A stretch of DNA of 64,000 bases from Candidatus Parcubacteria bacterium (GCA_003599335.1 QZJN01000014.1:1432-65431), one strand, 5' to 3'; counted from the first letter of the stretch, positions 47,150 to 57,351 are shown. The notes: a model not told the origin generated them from the sequence alone. Made by a program: numbers and translations.

Positions 47150-47929
47150 TCAGAGGATAAAAATCATTATTCCCAATATAATCATCGCTAATCCGCTGCC
47201 CAATCTCATAAATTTGCGTTCCGAGTCGCGCCAGGCCTGGATTTTTTCAACCAAATTTTTGTTGCTTGCTATCAGTAAAATGACAACAAGAGGCAAGACA
47301 AAAATAAGGTTATAAAGAATCAGATAAACAAGACCTTTTATATAAGTTGCCGAATCGTGGAGAAGCCCAAGTACCAAAAGATAAGGTCCACCGGTGCAGG
47401 GGAATTCGCAAAGTCCCACAAAACCCCCAAGTAAAAAGGCTGTCGGGATTGAACCGCTTTCGACCAAGAGAGCGATTTTACTGTGCGCCGATTGGGGAAT
47501 TTTCAGTTTTATTGGAAACTTCGGGAAAAATTCGTTTATCACATTTATGGCGCCAAGAATAACCAGGAGTACCGCTGCTGTTTTTGCCATAAAATTCGGG
47601 GTATTGAAGAAGTGCAAAGCCTGTAAAATTCCGAGCCCTATAAGAATGTAAACAACAAATAACCCAAATATATAAGCACTTCCAATCAGAAGAATTTTAG
47701 AGCGATATTTTCCCAAACTGAAAAGGAAAGCTATTGTTAAAATCAAAACCGAAAAAGCGCAAGGATTAATGCTGTCTATCAGGGCCGCAACAACAACCAG
47801 CGGTAAAAGCCAAGCTCCCTGATTGCTTATATTCCATAAAGTTTGCGTGCCAATGTTACCTCCCCTGAAAAATATCACAATGCCAAAGAGGCTGATTGCA
47901 ACAATTGATAGAAGAATGAGTTTTTTCAT
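47150..47929 (-). CDS. ccdA: CcdA/DsbD-family protein (paralog 3)
   Basis: DSINPCAFSVL and EFPCTGGPYLLVLGLL motifs. Confidence 0.75.
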   Translation of the reverse strand: MKKLILLSIVAISLFGIVIFFRGGNIGTQTLWNISNQGAWLLPLVVVAALIDSINPCAFSVLILTIAFLFSLGKYRSKILLIGSAYIFGLFVVYILIGLGILQALHFFNTPNFMAKTAAVLLVILGAINVINEFFPKFPIKLKIPQSAHSKIALLVESGSIPTAFLLGGFVGLCEFPCTGGPYLLVLGLLHDSATYIKGLVYLILYNLIFVLPLVVILLIASNKNLVEKIQAWRDSERKFMRLGSGLAMIILGIMIFIL

Positions 47930-47934
47930 AATTT

Positions 47935-48426
47935 TTAGGGGGTTACGGTCGCCGTAAAATTTAGGGTTAGGGGTTTGCCGGAATTATTTTCTATATAGAC
48001 GGTTCTTTCGACTTTGCCTATGCCAGCCGGGCCATGAGCCGCCGGATCAAAAACAACTTCAACTTCAGCCATCATTCCTGGGGAGAGTTCTTCGTTAATG
48101 CTTGGTATAAGGCCGTGTCCTGGCATTCCAAATGGGCCAAGTTTTTTTGAATCATTCAGCAACGTTGCGGTGGTGCACATGCAGGACGTATATATTTTTT
48201 TGATGGTCAGGGGTTCAGTTCCGGAATTTGTTATTTTATAACGATGAGAAACATTTCCTTTTGCCATTGATATTTTTCCGAAATCAAACATCGCCTCATT
48301 ATTTATTAGCGCAGAAACTTGATTTATTGACGAGTCTTCATTATTTTTGCCGCCAGCTATCACAAAAATAATAATAAACGCAAGAAATATTCCCAAGATT
48401 GTAAATAAAATTGTTTTTGTTTCCAT
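47935..48426 (-). CDS. DUF1573-domain protein
   Basis: Pattern FDFGKI..G...H.Y.ITNSG.EPL.I....TSCMCT. Confidence 0.55.
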   Translation of the reverse strand: METKTILFTILGIFLAFIIIFVIAGGKNNEDSSINQVSALINNEAMFDFGKISMAKGNVSHRYKITNSGTEPLTIKKIYTSCMCTTATLLNDSKKLGPFGMPGHGLIPSINEELSPGMMAEVEVVFDPAAHGPAGIGKVERTVYIENNSGKPLTLNFTATVTP

Positions 48427-48498
48427 ATAATTTAGAGAAATTAAAAAACCGCCCCTTGATAAAGATTTCCGGCAAACCCTAAGGTTTGTCTAGGAAAT

Positions 48499-48918
48499 CT
48501 AAACTATTTGGACGGCTGGATCTCTTTTTTCAAGAAGTGAAAGCCAACGAGAGAAGGTTTCTTTTATAAGCCCTTTTTCTCTTTGGATTTCATTTTTTGA
48601 TTCGATCTTAGAAACAATACTAAAAATAGCGTCTATCTCCCTCTGTAATAGGGCAAAGGCAATCACGGTCAAAAAGCCCATCAGTAAGGTCAAAAAATTG
48701 GCAGAGGTTAAAAGCTGGGAAAAGCCCTTAAAGACTCCCGCGTGAAAAGTGGCAAAAGCGAGGGGATTAACTTCTTTCTCGCATCTTGCTTTTCCGCTCA
48801 TAGCGGCAAAACAATCAGAGTGATCATCGATGCCAACATGAATCATACCCAGAAAGCCAAAGAGGCTTAAAAGGCCAAAGCTTGCGCAAACTATTAAAGC
48901 GATAATTTTTTTCTTCAT
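48499..48918 (-). CDS. Hypothetical membrane protein
   Basis: 139-aa ORF with signal and TM segments. Confidence 0.4.
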   Translation of the reverse strand: MKKKIIALIVCASFGLLSLFGFLGMIHVGIDDHSDCFAAMSGKARCEKEVNPLAFATFHAGVFKGFSQLLTSANFLTLLMGFLTVIAFALLQREIDAIFSIVSKIESKNEIQREKGLIKETFSRWLSLLEKRDPAVQIV

Positions 48919-48940
48919 CCTAATTTTAAAGATAGCACAT

Positions 48941-50182
48941 CTATTCGTATCGTAAAGCCTCTATTGGACTTTTCAGAGAAGCTTTACGCGCCGGGTAAAG
49001 CCCGAAAACAAGCCCTATTACTGCCGCAACCACAAGACCAACAATCGCCGCAGAAATTGGGAAAGAAAATAACCAGGCAAGACCGGCAAATTGTGTAAGA
49101 GCAATAGATGTGAGAAAGGCGAGGGCGCCACCGACAATAATTCCGATAATGCCCCCGATGCCCGTGAGGATAACAGCTTCAAGTAAAAATTGTATAAGAA
49201 TATCTTTATTTGTCGCACCAAGAGCCTTGCGCAAACCTATTTCTCTTGTTCTTTCTGTTACGGAAACAAGCATTATATTCATTATCCCAACACCGCCGAC
49301 CAAAAGAGATATTGCAGCCACCGACGCCAAAAACAAAGTGAGAACATTGGTTACCGTTTCAACAGTTTCCAGTGCGTCGGTTTGAGTTTCAATAAAAAAA
49401 TCGTCTTTACTCGGGTCGGTAATATTATGCGAATTTCTTAAGGTTATTTTGATATCTTCGACTGTTTGTGGCACATTTTCTTCGCTGTTAGCCTCTACCA
49501 CTATCCTGTGAAAATATTTAATTCCGAAAATAAATTGTTGTGCCGTGGTATAGGGCATCATTGCCGCTTCATCAAAATTAAAGAAAGCAAATTGACCTTT
49601 TGGAGGTAGAACTCCTATAACCCTAAGGTTTCTGCCTTTTACTCTTATTTTTTCATTTATTGCATCGTTTCTGCCAAAAAGTTCATCCTTGACTTTTGAT
49701 CCCAGAACAACAACGTCGGCATAGCTTTTTGTTTCATCTTCGGTAAAAGATCTGCCAAATTCTGGGTTTAAATCATAAATTTTAGTGAAAAGCTCGGTTA
49801 CGCCAAAGATTGTAGGACGATAGGTTTCGCTGCCGTAAGCAGCAGATTCGCTGCCAAAAACGATCGGCATTATTTTTGCAAGATGGGGAACGTTACTTTT
49901 TTTCTTTAGTTCCTCAAGATCTTTTTCTTTCAGAGAATCGGTGAATGTTGAAAGAATATCTGTCGGTCCTTGGGGCTGACGGCCGGGGATTATCGCGATT
50001 GTTTTCGTCCCAATACTTTGGATTTCTCCCAATATAAGATTTTGAGCTCCTCTGCCTAAAGAGACAACCAAAATTATCGCGGCGATGCCGATGACTATCC
50101 CCAGAATAGTAAGCGCAGATCTTGTTTTGTGAGTTCCAAGACCACTTAAGGCGGTTTTAAAATTATAATTAAGCGATACCAT
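48941..50182 (-). CDS. ABC transporter permease, MacB/FtsX family
   Basis: N-terminal TM, a large periplasmic domain and a C-terminal FtsX-like 3-TM bundle. Confidence 0.8.
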   Translation of the reverse strand: MVSLNYNFKTALSGLGTHKTRSALTILGIVIGIAAIILVVSLGRGAQNLILGEIQSIGTKTIAIIPGRQPQGPTDILSTFTDSLKEKDLEELKKKSNVPHLAKIMPIVFGSESAAYGSETYRPTIFGVTELFTKIYDLNPEFGRSFTEDETKSYADVVVLGSKVKDELFGRNDAINEKIRVKGRNLRVIGVLPPKGQFAFFNFDEAAMMPYTTAQQFIFGIKYFHRIVVEANSEENVPQTVEDIKITLRNSHNITDPSKDDFFIETQTDALETVETVTNVLTLFLASVAAISLLVGGVGIMNIMLVSVTERTREIGLRKALGATNKDILIQFLLEAVILTGIGGIIGIIVGGALAFLTSIALTQFAGLAWLFSFPISAAIVGLVVAAVIGLVFGLYPARKASLKSPIEALRYE

Positions 50183-50901
50183 TATTTAACAAAATTATCT
50201 TTTGCCGAGTGCCTCTTTGGCACATCGATTATTTTTGAAATTTTTCCGTCCAAAAGCTGTATTATTTTTTCGGCATGTTCGGCTGTGTATGTCTCGTGGG
50301 TGATTAAAATTATTGTATGGCCACCCCTAATATTTAACTCTTGAAGTATTTCCATGATCGCTTTGCCGGATTTTGAATCAAGGTTTCCAGTAGGTTCATC
50401 GGCAAAAATGACCTGCGGATTGTTTATGAGGGCTCTGGCAATGGCGACTCTTTGTTTTTCTCCTCCGGAAAGTTGTGAAGAAAGATGATTGATTCTATGG
50501 GAAAGGCCAACGGCATCGATTGCGGAAATGGCTTTTTGTTTCCAAGTTTTTCCCGGAAATTTAGAATATAATAATGGCAGCATTACATTATCCAAGACCG
50601 TAGTCTTAGGTAAAAGATTGAACGATTGAAAAACAAAGCCAATTTTTTCGTTTCTGACAACGGCTATTTCTTCTTCGGAATAATCATTGGAGTTTTTCCC
50701 GTTAAATTTGTATTCGCCACCCGTGGGCTTATCAAGAAAGCCAAGTATGTGAAGCAGGGTTGATTTTCCAGATCCCGAAGGACCCATGATTGCCACAAAA
50801 TTACCCTTGTCTATTGAGAAAGAAACCCCATCTAAAGCTGGGGTTGCAACATCGTCGTTGTAATAAGTTTTTTGCAGGTTTTTAACCTCTATAAGCCCCA
50901 T
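50182..50901 (-). CDS. ABC transporter ATP-binding protein (MacB/LolD-like)
   Basis: Walker A GPSGSGKST, signature LSGGEKQR, Walker B IFADEPTGNLD. Confidence 0.88.
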   Translation of the reverse strand: MGLIEVKNLQKTYYNDDVATPALDGVSFSIDKGNFVAIMGPSGSGKSTLLHILGFLDKPTGGEYKFNGKNSNDYSEEEIAVVRNEKIGFVFQSFNLLPKTTVLDNVMLPLLYSKFPGKTWKQKAISAIDAVGLSHRINHLSSQLSGGEKQRVAIARALINNPQVIFADEPTGNLDSKSGKAIMEILQELNIRGGHTIILITHETYTAEHAEKIIQLLDGKISKIIDVPKRHSAKDNFVK

Positions 50902-50905
50902 AAAT

Positions 50906-52360
50906 TTACGGAGTTAAAAGTCGGTCGCCTTCGTTAACCCCGCTTAAAATTTCAATATTACCATCGGAACCTCTTAACCCGGTTTCAACCATAACTTCAG
51001 AAACTGATCCGTCTTGACCGATTATTTTTGCAACCCTATTGCCGTTTTTGGTGATTATAAGGCGTTGCGGCGCCAAGAGGACACCATCTTTTTTCTGGGT
51101 GAGGATATCAATGTTGGCCGTCATGCCGGATTTTATTCTTTCATTTTCAGAGACAAAATTTAAAGTTGTCTTATAAGTGGCAACCCCCTCAATAATCGTT
51201 TCCGCCGGTTCTATAAAGGAAACAACAGCTTCAAAAACAACTTCGTTTCCGAAGGCATCAAGCGTTACCAGGGCGGTGTCTCCAATTTTTACTTTTGCTA
51301 TGTCAACTTCGGTGATATTTGATTCAATTTCAAACCCGGTTTTCGATATGACAGTTGCAACTTTTTGATTGACCGAAACTGTTTCGCCAATTTTTATGTC
51401 AACGGTTGTTACCAATCCATTAATTGGGGAACGGAGAACAACATTTGTCAGCTGGGTTTTTACAAGGTTGATGTCGGCTTCGATTTGTCTTATCTGGGCC
51501 TGCTGGGAATTTATTTTTGCATCCTGGAGATTTATCAATCGAAGTTGGGAATCAAGTTTTTCGTTAACGCTATTTAGATTTGTTCTTGCCGTTGAAACGC
51601 TGGTTTGATAGCTGTTTTTAGTTGTGCCCGATAAATCGGCTGCATAATTTATGGCATCAAAGACATTTTGAAGAAAGGACTGAATTTTGGAAACGTTATT
51701 CAAAGAATCGCCGATTAGAGTTAGGATTTGGGCTTCTGGCGAAGTGGGGGACAGAGAATAAACATTTATCCGCCAGACCGGCAAAAGCTCTGCCATTTCC
51801 AGTCTGCCGGCAACGGCATCTATCCTTGCCTGGGTGTTTAGGGTGGTAAATGTAAGCTGGGGAGAGGTATTATCGTTTGTAAAAACATCGTCTGTTTTTT
51901 GCTTAACAGCCTCATCGGCTCTTATGTAAACTTCTTCAATTGTCGATACCGCAGAGCGATAAGCATTAGTTTTTTCAAGTTTTAACTCTTCAAGTTTTGC
52001 TTTGGTGACTTCAAGAGCGGCTTCCTTTTGATTGAGTTGGGCTCTTAATTCTTTATCGTCCAAAGTTATCAGTATTTGACCCGGGGAAACGTTATCTCCA
52101 ACTTTGGCAAGAACTTGAGATACTTTTCCGCTTTCTTTGAAAGACAACTCAATATTATCGGCGGCCTTAGTTTTTCCGGTTACACTTACTTCTTGAACAA
52201 TGGTGCCCTTTTTAACCAGAAAAGCTTCTTCGCCATTTTCCGATCTGCCGAAAAAATAAAAAGCCGATATGCTTATCACGATCACGACAATTATAATCCA
52301 AAGGGTTTTTCTTTTCAGGTTAATAAATCCATTTTTCATATCGCTTAGCAAGTCTAACAT
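50906..52360 (-). CDS. Periplasmic adaptor / membrane fusion protein (HlyD/MacA-like)
   Basis: N-terminal TM, a long coiled-coil and a beta-barrel C-terminus. First gene of the ABC efflux operon. Confidence 0.75.
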   Translation of the reverse strand: MLDLLSDMKNGFINLKRKTLWIIIVVIVISISAFYFFGRSENGEEAFLVKKGTIVQEVSVTGKTKAADNIELSFKESGKVSQVLAKVGDNVSPGQILITLDDKELRAQLNQKEAALEVTKAKLEELKLEKTNAYRSAVSTIEEVYIRADEAVKQKTDDVFTNDNTSPQLTFTTLNTQARIDAVAGRLEMAELLPVWRINVYSLSPTSPEAQILTLIGDSLNNVSKIQSFLQNVFDAINYAADLSGTTKNSYQTSVSTARTNLNSVNEKLDSQLRLINLQDAKINSQQAQIRQIEADINLVKTQLTNVVLRSPINGLVTTVDIKIGETVSVNQKVATVISKTGFEIESNITEVDIAKVKIGDTALVTLDAFGNEVVFEAVVSFIEPAETIIEGVATYKTTLNFVSENERIKSGMTANIDILTQKKDGVLLAPQRLIITKNGNRVAKIIGQDGSVSEVMVETGLRGSDGNIEILSGVNEGDRLLTP

Positions 52361-52384
52361 TTTTTCGGAATATTTGGTAGGGAA

Positions 52385-52417
52385 ACAACAAAACCCCTTT
52401 AAGGGGTTTTGTTGTTT
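52385..52417. terminator. Bidirectional terminator palindrome AACAACAAAACCCCTTTAAGGGGTTTTGTTGTT
   Basis: Perfect palindrome with A/T runs on both sides. Confidence 0.65.
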
Positions 52418-52426
52418 TGGTTGATT

Positions 52427-52819
52427 TTATTTTTTAACCAGGCCAGAAAGCGAATAACGCCCGGGACCAATCAGGGCCACGGCCAAAGCCGTAAGCAAAA
52501 GAGTTAATGCGAATTCGTATCCGCCGATGCCGGTGAAGCCGTTCTTGAAATGAACCAAATATATTGCAAAAAACATATCAATTGCAATCAGAACGCCGGC
52601 AATATCCGTGAGTATGCCAAGAAGCATTGCGAGGCCACCAACAAATTCAACCGCAGTAACGACATATGCCCAAAATGAGGCAAGGCCCAAGGTTGCAAAA
52701 AAAGCGACGGTGCCTTCAATGTTTTGTATTTTCTGCCAACCGTGAACAATGAAAACGGCAGCAAGAGCAATTCTTATGAATAAAATTCCAAGGTTGGGAT
52801 TTTTTAATTTATTAAGCAT
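52427..52819 (-). CDS. DoxX-family membrane protein (third copy)
   Basis: LGILFIRIALAAVFIVHGWQK is a DoxX motif. Confidence 0.65.
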   Translation of the reverse strand: MLNKLKNPNLGILFIRIALAAVFIVHGWQKIQNIEGTVAFFATLGLASFWAYVVTAVEFVGGLAMLLGILTDIAGVLIAIDMFFAIYLVHFKNGFTGIGGYEFALTLLLTALAVALIGPGRYSLSGLVKK

Positions 52820-52888
52820 ATCTTAAAAGTTAAGGTTTTAGAATTATAGATTAATTTTAAATATTTTCCCCGGCTTTAGCAAATATCT

Positions 52889-53821
52889 TTATAAAACGAT
52901 TATTTGAGAAACCGCCAAATAATGATTTATAAGAAGAGCCGAAGCAATAATTATAAGCATGATTACGCCGTTGGTTATTAAGCGGGGATATTGTATTTCT
53001 ATTTTGATAAATATTTTAAGTGCCAATGCCAGAAATATAATTGTGGCGAGTGTCAGGAACGCAAGGTTGGTGGTTGCTCTTGGGGAGGTTGCCGCTTTTT
53101 CAACCACGGCGAGGGTTATTTCTGGTAAGTTTTTTTGTTCTAAACTCTGGGCAGCCACGATTGGTTCCTGTGGTTCTTCGGTTAAGACAAATGTTTCTGA
53201 TTCATTGATGGCGGGCTCTTTTTCCTGGGCAAAAGCCTGAGGTAAAGAAGCTAAGAGGCTTGATGGTCTTCCCAAAAACTGAACTACAAAAATTGTTTCC
53301 CTGCCATTATAGTTTCCTTTTGCTGTCGCGATTCCTATTTCGGTAAAGCCATTATTTAAAATGTTGGCTCTGTGTGAGGGTGAATCTATCCATGCCTTTG
53401 TAACATCGGCAGAGTCGATAAAATTAACGGCGAGATTTTCTCCGGCAGCTCCAAAGCGATAACCGACAACTTCAAGCCAGTGCCAAGGAGTTAATCCGTC
53501 TGGTGTGTTGTGAGAGAAATACCCTCTTGAAGCCATATCTTCGGCTTTCAGTTTGGCAGCCTGTTCAAGTAGGGGATTTGTTTTTAAAGAAGATAAGTTT
53601 GCTGTTTCCCTGGTCTCATTTGTTTGTCGGACTAAGGCGTCTGGTAAAATTGCTGAAAGAAAATTAGTCCCTGGAAATATATAAAGAGTTGTGTATAAAA
53701 ATAGAATTTCAATTAACAATGTAAAACTTAAGACGGCGATAGTGGCCTCATAACGAAGTATGTGAGGCTGGTGGTCATTTTCTTTGTGTGGAATAAAATA
53801 TTTTTTAAGCCACTTTCTCAT
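52889..53821 (-). CDS. CAP/SCP (PR-1-like) domain protein, membrane-anchored
   Basis: GYFSHNTPDG...GENLA...AW..SPSHRANIL is the CAP-domain signature. Confidence 0.65.
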   Translation of the reverse strand: MRKWLKKYFIPHKENDHQPHILRYEATIAVLSFTLLIEILFLYTTLYIFPGTNFLSAILPDALVRQTNETRETANLSSLKTNPLLEQAAKLKAEDMASRGYFSHNTPDGLTPWHWLEVVGYRFGAAGENLAVNFIDSADVTKAWIDSPSHRANILNNGFTEIGIATAKGNYNGRETIFVVQFLGRPSSLLASLPQAFAQEKEPAINESETFVLTEEPQEPIVAAQSLEQKNLPEITLAVVEKAATSPRATTNLAFLTLATIIFLALALKIFIKIEIQYPRLITNGVIMLIIIASALLINHYLAVSQIIVL

Positions 53822-53850
53822 AGATTTAATTATAACATAAATTTAAGAAA

Positions 53851-53880
53851 AAAACAACCCCGATTAATCGGGGTTGTTTT
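53851..53880. terminator. Bidirectional terminator AAAACAACCCCGATTAATCGGGGTTGTTTT
   Basis: Perfect palindrome. Confidence 0.65.
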
Positions 53881-53891
53881 CGAAGGCCATT

Positions 53892-56207
53892 TTAGGGCAA
53901 TTGCGGGAAAGGGAGATTTAGTTGAGGGCAAAGCAAAGAGTTGATTTTCCAAGTTGTTGTTTTATAAACATAGCCTGTTGGAGTCTGTGCGCTGGCTAAG
54001 CCGTAAGGAACCCATGGAGCTAAAACATCTTGCCAGTGTTTTAGTTGGAATTTTTTAATAGCCTCAAAGGTTAATTGTCCGAAGATTCCGGTTATTGGAA
54101 GATTTGTTTCTCCATTTTCATTTAAAAATTGCTGGAGTTTTATAATTTCTTCCTGATTGTTATTTTTTCCCAAGCCGATATAACTTAATAAGTAAATTCC
54201 ACAGGACACCGTTTCTCCCAAAACCTGTCCTTGTTGATTTTGATTTTCACCAGAGCCCCCACCAGAATTTTGGGAAAGGAGGATTCCACCGCCACCGCTT
54301 GAAATTATTGTCAGAGTCGGGCCGCCACCATTGCCATTGTCGTTTCCGTTTCCGCCATTATTATCGGTGTTGTTTTGTTCATTATTTTCGTTGTTCTTTT
54401 CATTTTCGTTATTGTTACTTTCTTCATTGTTGTTTCCGTTTCCATTTTCTTCTTCATCTTCGGTGTCTCCATTTTCGTCATTATCTTCATTTTCTTCTTC
54501 GTTGTCGTTATTATCGTTCTCCTCTTCCTCATTGTTCTCTTCATCGTCATTTTCATTATCGTTATTACCTCCGTTTTCTTCTTGCTCGTCATTTTCGTCC
54601 CCATTCTGATCGTCGTTGTTATCTTCGTTTTCATCATTGTCTTCATTTTCATCTCCCTCATCTTCATTATTTTCCTCTTCTTCGTGATTGTCGTTTTCGT
54701 CTTGATGCTCGTCTTCTTCGGGTTCTTCATTTATGCAATTGAGACCCTTCAATGCGTCTAAATCATAACCGTCTGCGGTTGGTTCAAATTGACTTGGATG
54801 GCTTGCATCCGTAAGCCTGAAAAATCTTGCCCACGGTAACGAACCAAGATCTATGGAGCCATCTTTTGTTATTGTTCCGAGTGAATGCCAGCTTGCATTA
54901 TCCTTGCTAGCTTCTATAGAAATATGTTCGTCCGGATACGATGTTCCTCCGGTTACTTCAAAAACATGTATATCATCGCCGCCTTGGTTCAAAACAAATT
55001 TATTGAAAGCCAGCGTGAGATCCCCCCCAAAGCCCAGACTAAAGAAAGTTCCGTTCTGAACTGGATTATCAAAAGGCGCTCCAGAGCTCTCGGGCGCTCC
55101 CAAGGCATCGTGAGGATCAGAGCGATCGGGTAAGACCGAAGAACCGTCTTTTCTCAAACCCTGATTGTTATTAAGCCAATCAGCCGCAAAACAAGCTTCG
55201 GGTTGGGGTTCCGGTTCCGGTTCATGCTCTATATCGTCATTTTTAAGCACACAAAGTTTATGATCCCCGGATTCAAGTGTTACTTGTCCGTGGTCGTTGC
55301 AGTCTTCAAAAAATCCTAAAAATTCGTAACCTTCAAGCTGATTTTCCGAAACGGTATAAGTTCCTGGTTCAAGAGTATAAGTTTCAGGGTGTTCTACGGG
55401 TTCGCTATTTAGAAAAATTTCAAAATCCTGGGTTTGAGCATGACCTCCGTCGTCGTTAATTACGATTTTTACTATTCTAAGTTTTGCTGGCTCCTGCTCT
55501 TCTTCGTGGTCTCCGTTTTCTTCATCATCGTTGTTTTCCTCTTCATTATTATCTTCTTCGTTACTTTCTTCATTTTCGTTGTTTATCGGATCGCCGGTTA
55601 TAAGAATATCATCAAGTTCGAATTGGTCAGCGGCAGAAGCGTTGAGTATTGCGTTAAAAGAAAATTGTACGCTTGGTTGGTTATCATAAGCGGATGATAA
55701 GTTAAAAGTTGCCAGAGTCCATCCATTCGTAAACGTATTTGTGTGGTCGGCGAGGTCTATTAGGTTTGGTCCTAAATCCCAAGCTTTTACTAAAACATGA
55801 TCTTCGCTTTCAAGCTTTTGGTTTTGATCAATCTTGTACCAGTAACTAATTGTTATATTTTCGTATCCTGTTGTTGAAAAAACCTTAATTAGTTGGCCAA
55901 AACCGGGGATCAGAGATGCCGGTCCGTTGACTCTGGCTTTTTTTAAACCCGAATGAGTGTCGCCTCCGCTGACTAACCATTTTGTTCCGGCGCTGTCCCA
56001 ATTACTAAAGTTTCCGGATTCAAATCCGTCCAAAAATATCGTTATGCTTGAAAAAACAGGCAATGGGCTTAATACCCAACCAATTAAAGAAATTATTGCC
56101 AAAATGGATCCTCCTTTTTGAAGCACTTTATTTATAAATCGTTTCTGCATATATCTTTTGATTTTAGTATTACTCCATTGATACAACTTTTTATCAAGGT
56201 TTGTCAA
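53892..56207 (-). CDS. Large secreted protein with hyper-acidic E/D/N low-complexity blocks and a C-terminal peptidoglycan-binding (PGBD-like) domain
   Basis: 771 aa. Signal anchor, a globular N-terminal domain, two long E/D/N-only stretches, a Gly/Asn-rich region, and a C-terminus LQQFLNENGETNLPITGIFGQLTFEAIKKFQ (PG-binding-like). Confidence 0.55.
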   Translation of the reverse strand: MTNLDKKLYQWSNTKIKRYMQKRFINKVLQKGGSILAIISLIGWVLSPLPVFSSITIFLDGFESGNFSNWDSAGTKWLVSGGDTHSGLKKARVNGPASLIPGFGQLIKVFSTTGYENITISYWYKIDQNQKLESEDHVLVKAWDLGPNLIDLADHTNTFTNGWTLATFNLSSAYDNQPSVQFSFNAILNASAADQFELDDILITGDPINNENEESNEEDNNEEENNDDEENGDHEEEQEPAKLRIVKIVINDDGGHAQTQDFEIFLNSEPVEHPETYTLEPGTYTVSENQLEGYEFLGFFEDCNDHGQVTLESGDHKLCVLKNDDIEHEPEPEPQPEACFAADWLNNNQGLRKDGSSVLPDRSDPHDALGAPESSGAPFDNPVQNGTFFSLGFGGDLTLAFNKFVLNQGGDDIHVFEVTGGTSYPDEHISIEASKDNASWHSLGTITKDGSIDLGSLPWARFFRLTDASHPSQFEPTADGYDLDALKGLNCINEEPEEDEHQDENDNHEEEENNEDEGDENEDNDENEDNNDDQNGDENDEQEENGGNNDNENDDEENNEEEENDNNDNEEENEDNDENGDTEDEEENGNGNNNEESNNNENEKNNENNEQNNTDNNGGNGNDNGNGGGPTLTIISSGGGGILLSQNSGGGSGENQNQQGQVLGETVSCGIYLLSYIGLGKNNNQEEIIKLQQFLNENGETNLPITGIFGQLTFEAIKKFQLKHWQDVLAPWVPYGLASAQTPTGYVYKTTTWKINSLLCPQLNLPFPQLP

Positions 56208-56256
56208 GTTAGATTACGGCTACCGGGTTTCATATAAAAAATCAAGCAATAAAGGC

Positions 56257-57252
56257 TTAAAAAAGAAGAGCGGCTGCGACAGAAAAGTAAATCAATAAAC
56301 TTAAAATATCCTGCAGTATCGTCGCAAAGGGGCCGGAGCCCAAAGCCGGATCTTTACCGGCGCGATTAAAAAGCCAGGGAATAAATATTGCCAAAACAAC
56401 GGCCAGTATTACATTTATAAACATTGCCAAGGCGACTATAAGGGCAACAGAGGCAGTTTTGAAAACCAATATGGTGTATAAGGCGATAAGGATGCTTACC
56501 ACAAAGCCGATTATCATGCTTATTCCGATTTCGCGGGCCAGGTATTTTTTTGTATTTATTTTTTCCAAAGCAACAGCCCTGATATAAATAGTTTGTGTCT
56601 GGGCGCCAACAGCCGCACTCATATAAACTATAACCGGTATAAAAAAGGCGAGAGTTAATTCTTGCTGAAGAGTTGTTTCAAAAAGTTGAGCTATTGAGGT
56701 TGCAAGCATTCCTCCAATCAGGCCGATAACAAGCCAGGGTAGGCGGAGTTTTATGAGCGTTCCGATTTTTGCTTTAAAGATATCAATAAAAGATTCGCTG
56801 ATGTGTATGCCCCCAAAGTGCAGCAAATCTTCAATATGTTCTTCGTGTAATATTGCCAGAATATCTTTTGGAGTAAGCGCACCGACAAAGATTCCGTTTT
56901 TATCAACCACAGGCAAACTCATCACATTATTGGCAATGGCAATTTTTATAGCGTTTTCCTGATGCGTGTGAGGATGAACAAAGGGAAAATTTTTATTCAT
57001 TACATCTCCGATTTTGGTTGTTGTTGCGTCGTGAATTTCAAGAAGGTTTGACAGGCTTACAACTCCGGCCAATTTTCGTTCTTTTGTTAGGACATAAACA
57101 AAACTCATATCTTCAAAGATCTTGGCTTTTGAACGGAGCAATGCCCGCGCATCTTCCACGGTTGTTGTTGTCTCAACAACAGGAACAGCACCAACTAGGT
57201 GTTTTGATACGGCTTTATGTTGTGGTTCCTGAATTTTTTCTTGCTCTGGCAT
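56257..57252 (-). CDS. mgtE: Magnesium transporter MgtE (CBS pair + MgtE TM domain)
   Basis: Tandem CBS region followed by a 5-TM MgtE domain. Confidence 0.75.
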   Translation of the reverse strand: MPEQEKIQEPQHKAVSKHLVGAVPVVETTTTVEDARALLRSKAKIFEDMSFVYVLTKERKLAGVVSLSNLLEIHDATTTKIGDVMNKNFPFVHPHTHQENAIKIAIANNVMSLPVVDKNGIFVGALTPKDILAILHEEHIEDLLHFGGIHISESFIDIFKAKIGTLIKLRLPWLVIGLIGGMLATSIAQLFETTLQQELTLAFFIPVIVYMSAAVGAQTQTIYIRAVALEKINTKKYLAREIGISMIIGFVVSILIALYTILVFKTASVALIVALAMFINVILAVVLAIFIPWLFNRAGKDPALGSGPFATILQDILSLLIYFSVAAALLF

Positions 57253-57295
57253 AACACTCCAATCTTATCAATTTGGCGACTAATTACATATGTGC

Positions 57296-57332
57296 AAAAA
57301 CCAAAACCCGCATATTATGCGGGTTTTGGTTT
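57296..57332. terminator. Bidirectional terminator CCAAAACCCGCATATTATGCGGGTTTTGG
   Basis: Perfect palindrome between mgtE and the metalloprotease gene. Confidence 0.65.
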
Positions 57333-57351
57333 GTGTTTATAAGTACTACTT

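Noticed and set aside
54299-54761. Several + strand ORFs (147, 139, 128, 92 aa) inside the acidic protein gene
   Set aside because: They are antisense translations of the GAA/GAT/AAT-rich low-complexity region, giving Phe/Leu/Ser-only peptides. These are spurious.
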